From: Nemertoderma westbladi
Taxonomy: Eukaryota > Animalia > Xenacoelomorpha
Assembly: GCA_032718475.1 (NCBI GenBank)
Contig: JAUCBJ010003252.1
Coordinates: 14,368 to 78,367, forward strand
DNA length: 64,000 nucleotides
Reading direction: 5' to 3'
Shown: positions 34,612-46,047 of the stretch, one piece after another
How the letters are laid out: each line of letters starts with the position of its first letter
Numbering within the stretch: the first letter of the stretch is position 1
The notes under the pieces: generated by a model
Databases searched by the model: none
What the model was told of the DNA's origin: nothing
Seen by the model: the letters and a program-made list of their open reading frames with translations, nothing else
Position numbers and translations under genes: made by a program

Positions 34612-37600
34612 ATTTTTAATTCCAAAACACTGTTGGTAGTTAAAGTGGCGAATTATAAACTCTATTGTAAATTACATAAATTTATATATAATATAAATTT
34701 TTGGTAAATACATAAACAGCAAATGGAATTGAAACCCAATTTTTTGTTAGAACATTTTTTTCTCATATTTTTAAGGATTGTATTTAAATCGCATGGCAGC
34801 GTTATATAGTTATTTATATAAACGTATTTGAAATAAAAACATTTTATTCTTTTTGATTCGAATATCCCCCAAAATCGGGAGAAAAGGCATTGAATTTACT
34901 TTTTTCCCGGCGAAAAATGCAAAATATTGAAAATAAGAAAATGTGAAAATATTTTTGGTGGAATTTCTTAAATTTTATTACATGAATCGAAAGAGCATCG
35001 AAGTACTGTAGAAAAGGTTTGCACGCAATATGAGCAAAATCCATGCACATACTCAAAAGTTATTGAAACTAGTGTCGGCTAGAAGTACTCAAAAACGGAA
35101 CTCAATATCCATTATTGGTTTGTACTGTAGTTGAGCTGCTCTCAACTTAAATGAATAAATATTCCAGAATATTTAATTATTAACATTGAGTAAGTCAGCA
35201 TCATGAGTTGAAAGGTAGAATGATTGGATATTACTGTAGTTACTGTAACACTACTTTGTTTTATATATTTTACTAAGGAATGAAGCAACAAAAAAGTACC
35301 AATTTAAGAATAAAATTACGTACAATTTTTTTAAATATTTCCCTCTAACATTTATAAACCTCGCTTGTGCTCGGTAAATGAAATACCACGAGAAGAATGA
35401 AAAAAAGTTCTACTTTTTACTTCTACTCAAATTTTTGAAAATTTAATATTGTAATTGGTTAAATTATTCTAGAAAGCTGTTGTAATGATAACCACGATAT
35501 ATTAAAGGCTCGATTTATAATTTAAAACACGCCTTTATAGGTGGTCACTGTAAAAAAAATAAATTAAATTTGAAAAAATTTCAAATTTTTTTTATTGATT
35601 TTAGATACCTTTTACTGTATAACGCTCCCATGCGATATAAATACAACCCTTTGTTAAAAAATTTTTATCGCAGATTCCGAATTTGACACTCAATTTGCTT
35701 CAAACGCAACCGAAAATGGACGTACAGGCGGTTTCCCATCCCATATATCAATGACACTTTTTAGTTACGATCATGACATAACTTGCCGTTACGCAAGTGA
35801 CACACATTTTCTATGATTACTCAACACAAAAGTTATTTAATACAACATTTTTTGTATGATTACAATTCTAAACTATCTGATTACGGTCTAAAAAAATTAT
35901 GCCAGCAGATTAATAAACAGCACAGATTTTTTAAATTACAATATCGTAAATTTATTGCCGGTGATTTTCAGGTTACGCCCGTGACTCGACTTCATTAGCT
36001 TATTACTTGCTACAACAATTACTTGTGAAGTCGGCAATATCTAAATCTGAATAAACAAGATGTCTGCATGATTGACGCAAAAAAAATTTGAAAAAAAAGT
36101 AATTTTAGTGCCCGAAATTATTTCTTACAATTTTCAAAACGTGTCTCAGCGTTACGACCGTGACGGTGGAATTGCCCATCTATGGACTGATTCACTTTGT
36201 GCCTTATTCTGGATTCGAAAAGGTTCAGCCAAAAAGGATATTTTTGTAAATAATAGACTCTCTGAAATAAACAAAAATACAGAATCAGCAATGTGGCGTT
36301 ATGTTTCCACAACCCAAAATCCCACAGATATTTCTTCATGTGGGTGTAGCCTATCTAGGTTGGCAGTAAATTACTTATATTTGAATGGACCTGAGTTTCT
36401 CAGATATCCATAGTCATCATGGCCAATTGAGCCTACACCCCTCCTCAACTTCTAACCATTGAAGCCATAGAACTATTGTCAGAATGTTCTTTACTGAAGC
36501 TAGAGGATTATTCAAACATTAATAAACCTGTTAGGATATTAGCCTGGATATTCCGATTTGTACATAGTATAAAGAATCCAAAATCAATGACAAAAATATC
36601 TTTGTCTGGTTCTGAACATAGTTATTCATTGAACTCTTTGAATCTTATTGGATTCTTATTTCGATAGAACAACATCGCCATTATGTAAAAGAAATCAAGT
36701 CACTGAAGTCTAATTCGAACAATTTAAGTCAGAGCTCCTCCATTTGGCGCCTTCATCCAGTAGTTATGAATAATTTACTTATGATGAAGCCTCGTACCAA
36801 TGAGCCTCCACTTCCTATACTTCCTTGTAGAAGTTACCTAACTAAACTTATTGTATATGATATTCATAGTTGTATTATGCATCAAGGTGCTGAAGCAACC
36901 TTAGCTCAGGTTAGAAGAAAATATTGGATACCTCATGGAAGGTCGTTGGTACGTCAGTTGATTTATAATTGCAAACCTTGTCTTCGTTACCGAGCTCAAC
37001 CTTATGATACTTCAGAATCATATCTTCAGCCATTTAGAGGTCAACCAATAGCGCCATTTACTAAATCTGGACTTCATTTTTTTGGACCCTTGTATTTAGA
37101 AAATAACACTAAGGTTCAGTGTTTATTGTTTACATGTGCAGCTACAAGAGCTGTACATCTTGAGTTGGTTGATGATGGTTCCGCAGCCAATACACATCTT
37201 ACTATACGAAAATTCTTAGCCCGATGTATACCACCTTTGTATCCTGTTAAGTTATACTCAGATAATGCTCGAACATTCACCAAATTGTCAACTATGAGAT
37301 TCCCACGTCACCTTGTTACATGGAAATTCATACCAGCAAGATCCCCACATTGGGGTGGGTGGTGGGAGCGCCTAGTTCGACTAGCCAAAACATGTTTGCG
37401 AATATCGTGTCATGGTCGTAAGTTTACGAGATCCCAGTTGGAAGCAGCTCTAGTAGATTTTGCAGCTGTAATGGATATCCTACCTATCAGTATCAGAATC
37501 ACCTATCAGGTTCCTGCCTACTAACCGGTATGTATGCCGCGACCTCCGGGTCCAATCCCGTCATTCGCGCTGCCCTATCACCTACACTATCTCTCCCAGC

Positions 37601-38606
37601 ATGGCCTATAGTATGTGCAGTAAGGCCTACAGTATGTCCTGCAGTCTGCCTGTGTCCCTCCGGATCGAAGTTTAATCTTCTCGAATATTCCGAGAACTCC
37701 TCCACGCGATTACCATATCGTCGATCAGCAGCTACGTTCCGACATAAGTTTCCCTCCGAGGCCCTCCTCTGTCTTCCTCCTCGTATCGATCGGTACACTT
37801 TGAACCCCTCTCCCGGTGTGTGGTATATTTCGCCAGGTTGTGTTTCTCTGGGGTGACGGCAATCTCCTGGACTACGACCCCACCTGCTCTCTCATAGTTC
37901 GACTATCGATGGATCACTGTCCGTCCTCTCTGGATGTCTCTTGACGATCATGGGGCTTCTGCTGCCCCCCCCCCCCCCACCCCCCCCCCCTCTCCTCCGT
38001 CATCGGGAGTATTTCCCATCGACATCTGTGGAGCATTTCCCCCCCCCCCTCGTCATTAATTGGTTGCGGTGATGTGCCCGTAGCACCCCCCCCCCCCACC
38101 CGTCACTTCTCACTTTGCCCCCATGCCCATGTTCTCCCCCAGTCGACACGTTAGTTCTATTCTCCCTGGGTTTATTCACCCACATTCCTCCCTGCGCAAC
38201 TGCGTGGCCTTGTAGGCCCCCTCTAGGCAAATTCGTTGGTCAGGTCAGGTATTCTAGGTCATTGATCAAGAAAACTTGCCACCTCCATGCAGCATAAAGG
38301 AGGTGCACCAGTAGCTGCATAGACTCTCTTACTAGGGCATATCTGGTCCTGTAACTAGGACCCCCATCGTTCTGGGATAAGGATGCCGTTGGTCCTGGAT
38401 TAAGGACCCATATACTTGGCTGCAAGGGTATATGGCCTGGCCAGGCATATGGTGATCTATCAATGGCTGGTCAGGAGTAGAGTGTTCTCATGTCCACTCT
38501 GAGTACACTTCACTGCGACCTGCACCTGGCAGCAGGGGTACATGGCATGACCCAGCAGATGAGCTGCACAGCCAATGGTGGGTCATGTGCGCCAGAGTAG
38601 ATATGG

Positions 38607-38776
38607 ATACTACTACTAGGATCGGCATGCTGCATAGCAGCTGCATTTTTAAGAATGCTGTGCCGGCTTGTCAACAAAATTGCACCGCCACAACTCCCTA
38701 TCACCCATGACATTTGCTAGATCATCCGCATCTTTAAGGCCAGTGTCCTTTAAGATGCGTCTCAAGAAAGTCATGG
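38607..38776 (-). mobile_element. RTE family B 3' end fragment
   Basis: Reverse complement of ~18630-18795, including the (TAG)n tail. Confidence 0.88.
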
Positions 38777-39516
38777 ATGACGGGCCTCATATCTGACTCC
38801 ACTGCGACACCCACCCTGTGGAACGGCAAACCAGGGTGTGGTATTTGCCCCAAGAGCTGACTCGGCAAAAAAGCACCCCCCAACCCCCCACTATGGATTA
38901 CATTAGTAATGCGGAGGTCCGGCCACTAGAGGCCAGTAGAATTACCAGACACAATCGGCCTCACAGGCGTCAGTTATCTCCTGACCGGCTGCCAGTCTCA
39001 CCCCCTACTGAGAGAGAGAAGCCAACAATTCTTTCAATTCAACAATTCTTTCCTTCCTTTCCTGATGACCTTTCTGGCCCAAACCCTGGGTCACCAGGGA
39101 GGCCAGATTGTGAGGTGGAGAGGGATTCTGGAGTTGGAGGCTACTCTCATGTTCCACCCCGACCAACAAAGCCATTGGTGAATCTGAGGTTGCAATAATT
39201 TAGAATAGCAAACCGCACAATTTTCATTTAAAATATCCATTTTCCACGTAAGTGTTGGGGTGAAAAATCTTAAAGTAAATTGAAAATAATAAAAGGTACT
39301 CTATAATTACCGCAATACATGTCAAGCAAATCTGATATACTGTATATACAAATACTACAATTTTCGATTATTAAAAATTTGATTTATCGTAGTTAAGAAA
39401 ATCACAATTCTGAAAGTAATCATAAAAATGTTTATAATATAATCGAAAAAGTCAAGAATCGATGAGATTATCAACAAATTGACATTATCTGTTGATTCTT
39501 TGGGCTCGATAAAGGT

Positions 39517-39888
39517 TTATTTTGAAATCATTACTATAAAGAAACACATAATTTCGTAGGGATTATGATGATGTAGTTTTATTTCAAACTTTTCACCACC
39601 CTTGTTGTATTGTGTAATAACAATTAACCCGTCTATCATTGATAATAGTAAGATGTTGATTAATTTTCCTCCGTGGTCATCTTTTAGGTTGTAATCTAAG
39701 AGATGAATGAAATTTTCAGTAGCCTCAATATCGATTGTACTTAAAACTTTCCTTGCCTTTTCAGAAAAAACGATTTTATAATTATCATCACCTTGAAGGG
39801 AAATAGTATAATCAATAATAATATACAGCTCGCCATCTTCTGAAAAAAATGAATGTCTTACTATTGGCATATCCATATCGGAAGACAT
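39517..39888 (-). CDS. Intronless 123-aa hypothetical protein in an AT-rich, compact (virus-like?) segment
   Basis: ATG is preceded by taaaataaattaaata directly after an apparent upstream ORF end. Plausible globular composition; no recognised domain. Confidence 0.4.
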   Translation of the reverse strand: MSSDMDMPIVRHSFFSEDGELYIIIDYTISLQGDDNYKIVFSEKARKVLSTIDIEATENFIHLLDYNLKDDHGGKLINILLLSMIDGLIVITQYNKGGEKFEIKLHHHNPYEIMCFFIVMISK

Positions 39889-40787
39889 TATTTAATTTAT
39901 TTTATTGTAAATCAAACAAAGTAAAATCTTTTAAACTAAAACCATTATAAATGATTAATTGTGATTAAAGTAAGAGATTATATTGGATATTTTCAAAATA
40001 AAACCCATAGGGAACAACGAATGGTGAATTGTAATGCTATAAAAATATAATAAAAAAAGAAACGTGACACCAACGATGTGTAAAACCCTACAATATAATA
40101 CACACATAGATTAAATACATGTAATACAATAGGTATAACTCGTAAATTGATAACATGGCAACGCAGCTACATGGTTGGTTGGTTGATGGAAATACGTGTA
40201 CAATTATTGATTGTTGGGAATGAAATAGGAGGAATCATTGAGTTGTAATCAATAACCGCAAAAAAGTTCAGTATAATAGATAGCGCAGTACAGCATAGCA
40301 TAGTGTATGCGCGGTGTGTGTGCGAGTGTGACAGATGGAATGACACGTTGCCATGCGTAGAACTAGCTTTATATAGTTTGCTTAGTATGTGTAATATAAT
40401 AATAATATAAGAGGGGGGCAACGACCGAAAGGACGATACGATACAAAGCAATGCGATGAGTAACTGCGGGGGGAACGCAACCGCAACGCGATGTGGCTAC
40501 GCGTAGTTGATTATCGATTCTTTCAAGTATATGATGCAAGTAGCAGATGGTCGTTGTAGAGTGAAATTGAGTGAATTTCAATAGTCCTCCCTACAGGATT
40601 CCCGTTGAAAAGCATATGGAGGACATTAGCCAGGATACACATTCTTCTACTACTGTTGCCCCAACTAGTCATGGGAAAACAGATTCTGAAGAAGGTGTAT
40701 AAACTTAGTAGTAGGTTGGGTTCCCCGGAATTGGAACGCACTTTGTGGTACATGCTATTTTCTAACCAGGAAGATAGCATGGGGGAA

Positions 40788-42291
40788 TGTTAGCGGATTC
40801 ACTCTGCTATGCGCTTCCAACATATAAAATGCGGGGGGGGGGGGGGCAATTTAACAAGGCTAACAGTGACATCCAATAAGACATACCAACCAATGGATTA
40901 CATTACGGTGGCCCATAACTGTCACAGTATATAAAAAGGAACGGCAGAAATTAAAAAGCCACGGCAGAAATTAAAGAAGCTACGGCAGAAATTAAAAAGC
41001 CACGGCAGAAATTAAAAAGCCACGGCAGAAATTAAAGAAGCTACGGCAGAAATTAAAAAGCCACGGCAGAAATTAAAAAGCCACGGCAGAAATTAAAGAA
41101 GCTACGCAGAAATTTAAAAGCCACGGCAGAAATTAAAAAGCCACGACAGAAATTAAAGAAGCTACGGCAGAAATTTAAAAGCCACGGCAGAAATTAAAGA
41201 AGCCACGGCAGAAATTAAAAAGCCACGGCAGAAATTAAAAAGCCACGACAGAAATTAAAAAGCCACGACAGACATTAAAAAGCAACTGCTATTGCTAGAT
41301 TATATGAGTATGAGTGCCGACTGCAAGCTATTGCTATCGGCCAGTAAAAAAATAGGTAAAAAAATAATAAAAGAAATAGGTAAAAAAAGTAGAAAAAAAA
41401 GAAATGTAAAGGTAAGGTAAAAATAGTTAGGAAAAAATATTTGCGATAATGTATTGTAATAATCATGGCTTTTTAATTTCTGCCGTGGCTTTTTAATTTC
41501 TGCCGTAGCTTCTTTAATTTCTGCCGTGGCTTTTTAATTTCTGCCGTGGCTGTTTAATTTCTGCCGTGGCTTTTTAATTTCTGCCGTAGCTTCTTTAATT
41601 TCTGCCATGGCTTTTTAATTTCTGCCGTGGCTTTTTAATTTCTGCCGTAGCTTCTTTAATTTCTGCCGTTCCTTTTTATATCCTGTGACAGTTATGGGCC
41701 ACCGTATTACATAGCTTGAAAGAGCTGGAATAATAATCCACCCCCAGTGAGTCAAGGCCAAAGGGGATCAGCTATCTGGTGTGATATAAGGCAACCAATT
41801 GGAGGGCAGTTGTATCAACCACAAAAGCCAATGAGATGTGTAGGCCTGACAGGCCATATATTTTCTCTATCTATATTAACTATCAAGTGCGCAGTAATAC
41901 TCAGTTGGCAATTTATATCTGTAGTAGATGAATAGTTTTCACCACTCGCTCGCTGTGCTGTGCCATGCTATGTAATTGTACTACTACCAGTAAAACTTCC
42001 ACACGAGCTGTAATGTTGGCCCCAGTTCCCTGGACAACCATTATGACGCATTATATGAGTTTGCATTAGTTACTTTCACGTTTATTATGCAGTATGCCCT
42101 TCTTACTTACTGGTTGGTATACCATTATCTATATAAATATATTTTTTTTGTGCTTCCCTGCTCGGGACCCTCGTTCTCTGGTTTGATTACTACATACAGT
42201 ATATTACTGTAGTTTACTGAGTCTTTGTTATGGTCTATGTATATAATGTTTAATATGGGTGTACTTTGCCTGGTATAAATAAATAAATAAA
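40788..42291 (+). mobile_element. Second copy of the 3' LTR (inverted relative to 16897-19180), interrupted by a foldback element
   Basis: PPT atgggggaa then TGTTAGCG at 40788. Reverse-complement match to 16897-17215 and 18801-19260, with the same junction into an EGF exon. Confidence 0.8.
40904..41706. mobile_element. Non-autonomous foldback DNA transposon with TAC..GTA termini and 6-bp TSD (IS3EU-like)
   Basis: TIR tacggtggcccataactgtcacag; TSD TTACAT (40898-40903, 41707-41712). The arms are built of 20/21-bp acggcagaaattaaaaagcc repeats in opposite orientation. Confidence 0.85.
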
Positions 42292-42609
42292 AATGTGGCA
42301 GTTGTCTGTGTTTATCATCTATAAAATTATTTTAAATTCATTTTTAAGTAAATATAATTATACTATAAAAAAGAAAATGTTTTCACCTATGAAAAAAATT
42401 ATGTTTGTAATTATTGTATGTCAATTTATTTATTACCTGAACGTGTAGTGACACCAATCTCCTGTGAATTCAGACGTGCAACTACAACTAAATCCACCAT
42501 CAGTATTGGAACAGTCAGCATTAATGTGGCAGTTGTCTGTGTTTAATGTACATTCATTATCATCTATAAAATTATTTTAAATTCATTTTTAATTAGATAT
42601 AACTATAGT
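42292..42609 (-). pseudogene. Inverted cbEGF array units (one 127-nt frameshifted exon 42437-42563, one intron, one truncated exon)
   Basis: Reverse complement of the array unit; the intron resumes for a few bases at 44198-44208. Confidence 0.92.
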
Positions 42610-42613
42610 TTAA

Positions 42614-44197
42614 CCCTTCCATGCATGCTGTGCCATATATGGAACACCTATTATTTTTAATTCTACGGAATGGAAACCTGCTCATAATATCCTAATCTTT
42701 GGTGGACTGGACATGTCTTGAATTCTATATTCTTGCAGTTGAAACACAATCTGTACACAAGATAGCATGTGGATTATTTTTATAATGCTTTAGAATGGGC
42801 CAGGTTTAAAATTGATAATTTCAAAAATTGACAGTTTTCAATGAGTTGTAATTTTCGATATATATGCCAGTGGTGGTTAAAAAACTATTTTCTAGTAAAC
42901 AAATTATCGCTTTATAACCCAAAAATGCAAAATTATTGTAAAAGTTTAGAATTTGTCCGTTAGAGTGAAAAATACAGGTGTTCCATATATGGCACAGTAT
43001 GCAATAGAGACTTCAAGAAATGTTTACGTGTTTACTGCATAGCGTGCCACAAATGGAACACCAACATCGTTTACTCTACCTGTCTGCCTGAATCCAGCTA
43101 CTTATAGTCAGACTATTGTATATTTCAATCAGGCTTTCATTTATACATTTTCTTTTCTGTTTTAAATCTTTTATGAATCTACTGCACTAGACAACAGTTT
43201 GTCAATATCTTCTTAAATTACATTAAAAATATAGTGTTATTTAAATTTTATTAGTTTGAACAATTTATTGTATAACTTCACATTTTGTGTGGAATTTATG
43301 TGAACTGGTAATTATTCGATTGTATGTACAATTTGGCTTACTTTAATTGTAATATGGAATTGATGTGTGATTTGTATGTGTGACATGATATGTAAAAAGC
43401 AAAATGTAAAATGGATGATTCTTTTTTGGAAGATGATCTTGAAGACGTTGAACAATTAAACATTGTCATATGAGCAGACTCGGATTATTCCTAGGTCGAA
43501 ACCGAATAAGGATGAAGACAAATAAATTGTATTTTCGCATGTTTTACCATCTAATAGATCTAACTATTGTCAATAGTTGGATCTTGTTCGGGAAGGTTCA
43601 TGGTCCAAGTTCTAACATGACCATCACATAGTTTTGGGAGAGTCTAGGAGTGACGATGTGCCGAATTGGATCTCAATCAATTTCCAAGTGCAAGAGGTGG
43701 TCGCCCAAGTACATTGTCTACAGAACCAAGAAAAAGGGAACCCCCACTTCCAAGAGACGATATCAGGCTTGACTGCACTGGCCATTGGCCTTCTTATGAA
43801 CCAAAGCAACTGAGGTGTAAACTTTCAAACTGTAATAAAAGGACATTCGTTAGTTGCGAAAAATGCCATAAACTGCCTTATAATAAATGACATAAACCAA
43901 TAAATGCCAAAAACTGCCTTATGTTTTAATAAAGATCAAAATTGTTTCAAAATTAAAATTAAAAGCAAATTGTTCTTCTAACTTCGTGGGAGTCGTGTTA
44001 TGTGTTGTGCCATATATGGCCCATCATGCACTAAAGGGTTATGACTTTTTGTTACCTCTAATGCATATCGTGCCATATGTGGCACGCAGACAAAACGCAC
44101 CATAGTTCAAAAACTGACCAATTTGCAGGTAAAAATATACCAGAAAATAGTTTTTTTTGAAAAAAATTGAAAAAAAATTAATTCATGCATGGAAGAG
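42614..44197 (+). mobile_element. Internally deleted piggyBac element with transposase C-terminal remnant
   Basis: TIR cccttccatgcatg / catgcatggaagag; flanks TTAA and ATAA. Remnants FYHLIDLTIVNSWIL and DIRLDCTGHWP...RCKLSNC...CEKC. Repeated gtgccatatatgg motifs. Confidence 0.87.
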
Positions 44198-44209
44198 ATA
44201 AAAAAGAAG

Positions 44210-46047
44210 AAAGAAGAAGTTGAGTCAGGTCCCCAGATCCTGCTACCACTATGGCAGTAATGTGGTACTACCTGTAGCTGTCAGCCCAGTAGGGCAGGCC
44301 CGATAAGCATAGCCTATTCATTATTCAGTTGATCAAGAGTGGGTTGGTTTTAGCCCCATCAAGTAAATAAGTCATTGAGGGCTATAGCGCCTAGGGCACC
44401 ATTGAATTCAAAGGCTTTGATATGAATCTGCAATAGAGATGATATATGCCCGCTCTGTCTATACTGGATGCTCCTCTACCAGTGTTAGGTAACCTAGCCC
44501 AGGAGGCACACTTGGTTCAAGGTGTAACAAAAGGACCCCTACAGTCGGCAGCAGGGCTGTAGGCCATGGATAGGCGGAAGGTAATCAACCAATGGCTAGA
44601 CATGCTGACAAGGTCGGCGGAGGTAATCAACCAACAGCGACCTACTGCGAAGTCGCTTGTAGGAGTTGCGACTTGTTTACACGCAACTGAAAGATATGAC
44701 TATGAGAACCCTCCAGGAGAAATACCGGCTCGGTCATCGCCTGTGTCAACAAGGACCGCATCCCTCAGTTGTACACCAGGCTGGGGTCGATAAATTGGCT
44801 TCTGGAACAGAAGACAGAGAGCCAGCAAACCCAGGACAAGCAAGCAAATCAACTATGACTGGGAGAAACTCAGAACTGACAATGCTGTAAAGGATGCTTA
44901 CACAGTAGAAGTTCAAAACTGCTTTGAAGCACTTCAGTCAATGGATGAAGACCTGTCCACCGATTCAATATACCAGAATGTAATAACAGCCCACAAGGAA
45001 TCAGCTAAGAGGCATATCCCCAGAAACCCAAACGAAAACAGTATGTGCCATGGCAAAACTGTGAGGTTAATTGTAAGAGAGAAGATCTTAAGCATCATCA
45101 AAAAATGAATCAGGAAGATCATCAAACATCCATAAATGTGGAAATATTTTCCCTTTTTCGGAATCAGCGCCGAAAATTAGCCCAATAGGTATCAAAACCA
45201 CAAAAGTAGATTATTTTGAAAAGATCATTTGAAAAATTTTCACTTTTAATGCATGTTTGGTCAGTTGTTATCAGAAGGAAATTTAAATGTCATTTTTCTC
45301 GTGTTGGCGTTTTTGGGACACTTTCTCTATCTACTTTTTAACTACTCAACGGATTTTCGTTCTGTTTGCAGAATTATGTAGAGGAATATTCCGCGCAAAA
45401 ATTGTTGACAGAATTTTGAATATTTTGTTTAAAAAAAGTTATGGCATTTTTGTGTAAAATATCGCTAAATTTTGGAATTTTTTCGATTTTTCGGTATTTT
45501 TGAAACTGAAAAATGCTATAACTTTTTTTTAAAAAAAATTCAAAATTCTGTCAACAATTTTTGCAGCGGAATATTCCTCTACATAATTCTGCAAACAGAA
45601 CGAAAATCGGTTGAGTAGTTAAAAAGTAGGTCGAGAAAGTATCCCAAAAAAGCCAACACAAGAAAAATTACATTTAAATTTCATCCTGATTACAACTGAC
45701 CAAACATGCGCCAAAGTGACAATTTTTTCAAATTTTTCAAATATAATCTACTTTTGTGGTTTTGATACCTATTGGGCTAATTTTCGGCGGTGATTCCGAA
45801 AATGGCAAAATATTTCCAAATTTATGGATTTTTGATGGTCTTTTTTGGTGTCAAATATGGTGCTGCACCAAAATTAAAAATTTCCAAATATTGGGTGAAA
45901 ATTACAAAAGTTGCCATAACTCGAGAACAAAACACCTTATCGAAAAACTGATTTCAGAATCGGAATCACCATACAAATATATGACAAGACACTACTACCT
46001 ATAGAAACAGGGGACTTCACACCTGCCGAACTCCAAAGAAGCATTAA
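44210..46047 (+). mobile_element. RTE family A copy, 5' part (continues at 60225-60765)
   Basis: 44645-44817 matches the reverse complement of 15943-16120. 45975-46047 matches the reverse complement of ~15560-15635, up to a TTAA. Confidence 0.82.
45119..45838. repeat. ~720-bp imperfect palindrome (foldback/MITE core) inside the RTE copy
   Basis: ~330-bp arms, e.g. ccgaaaattagcccaataggtatcaaaaccacaaaagtaga / tctacttttgtggttttgatacctattgggctaattttcgg. Confidence 0.9.

Larger units (their letters stand above)
30363..36177 (+). mobile_element. Sola2-type DNA transposon, apparently complete
   Basis: TIR gggcaattcca / tggaattgccc; TSD ATCT (30359-30362, 36178-36181). Subterminal GTTACG-n4-TGAC-like motifs occur at both ends. 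Confidence 0.92.
28740..37480 (+). pseudogene. BEL/Pao LTR retrotransposon pol (protease remnant, RT, RNase H, integrase), split by Sola2
   Basis: ILIGAD, FFLPHH, RIVFNGS, CLDPGPNL, ADIEAAFHQV, YCDD, HIFCDAS, RLELMA, NPTDISS, H..MHQG...C..C, RAVHLE, SDNARTF, PHWGGWWERLV. Removing 30363-36177 and one TSD restores MHL-WTDS. Confidence 0.92.

Noticed and set aside
28118-38776. Two minus-strand RTE-B pieces as one split element
   Set aside because: The order is wrong for a minus-strand copy, since the 3' end lies at the higher coordinate; they are separate fragments.
40940-41670. CRISPR-like regular short repeats
   Set aside because: The repeats are contiguous with no unique spacers, are inverted between halves, and lie within TIRs in eukaryotic DNA; no cas genes.
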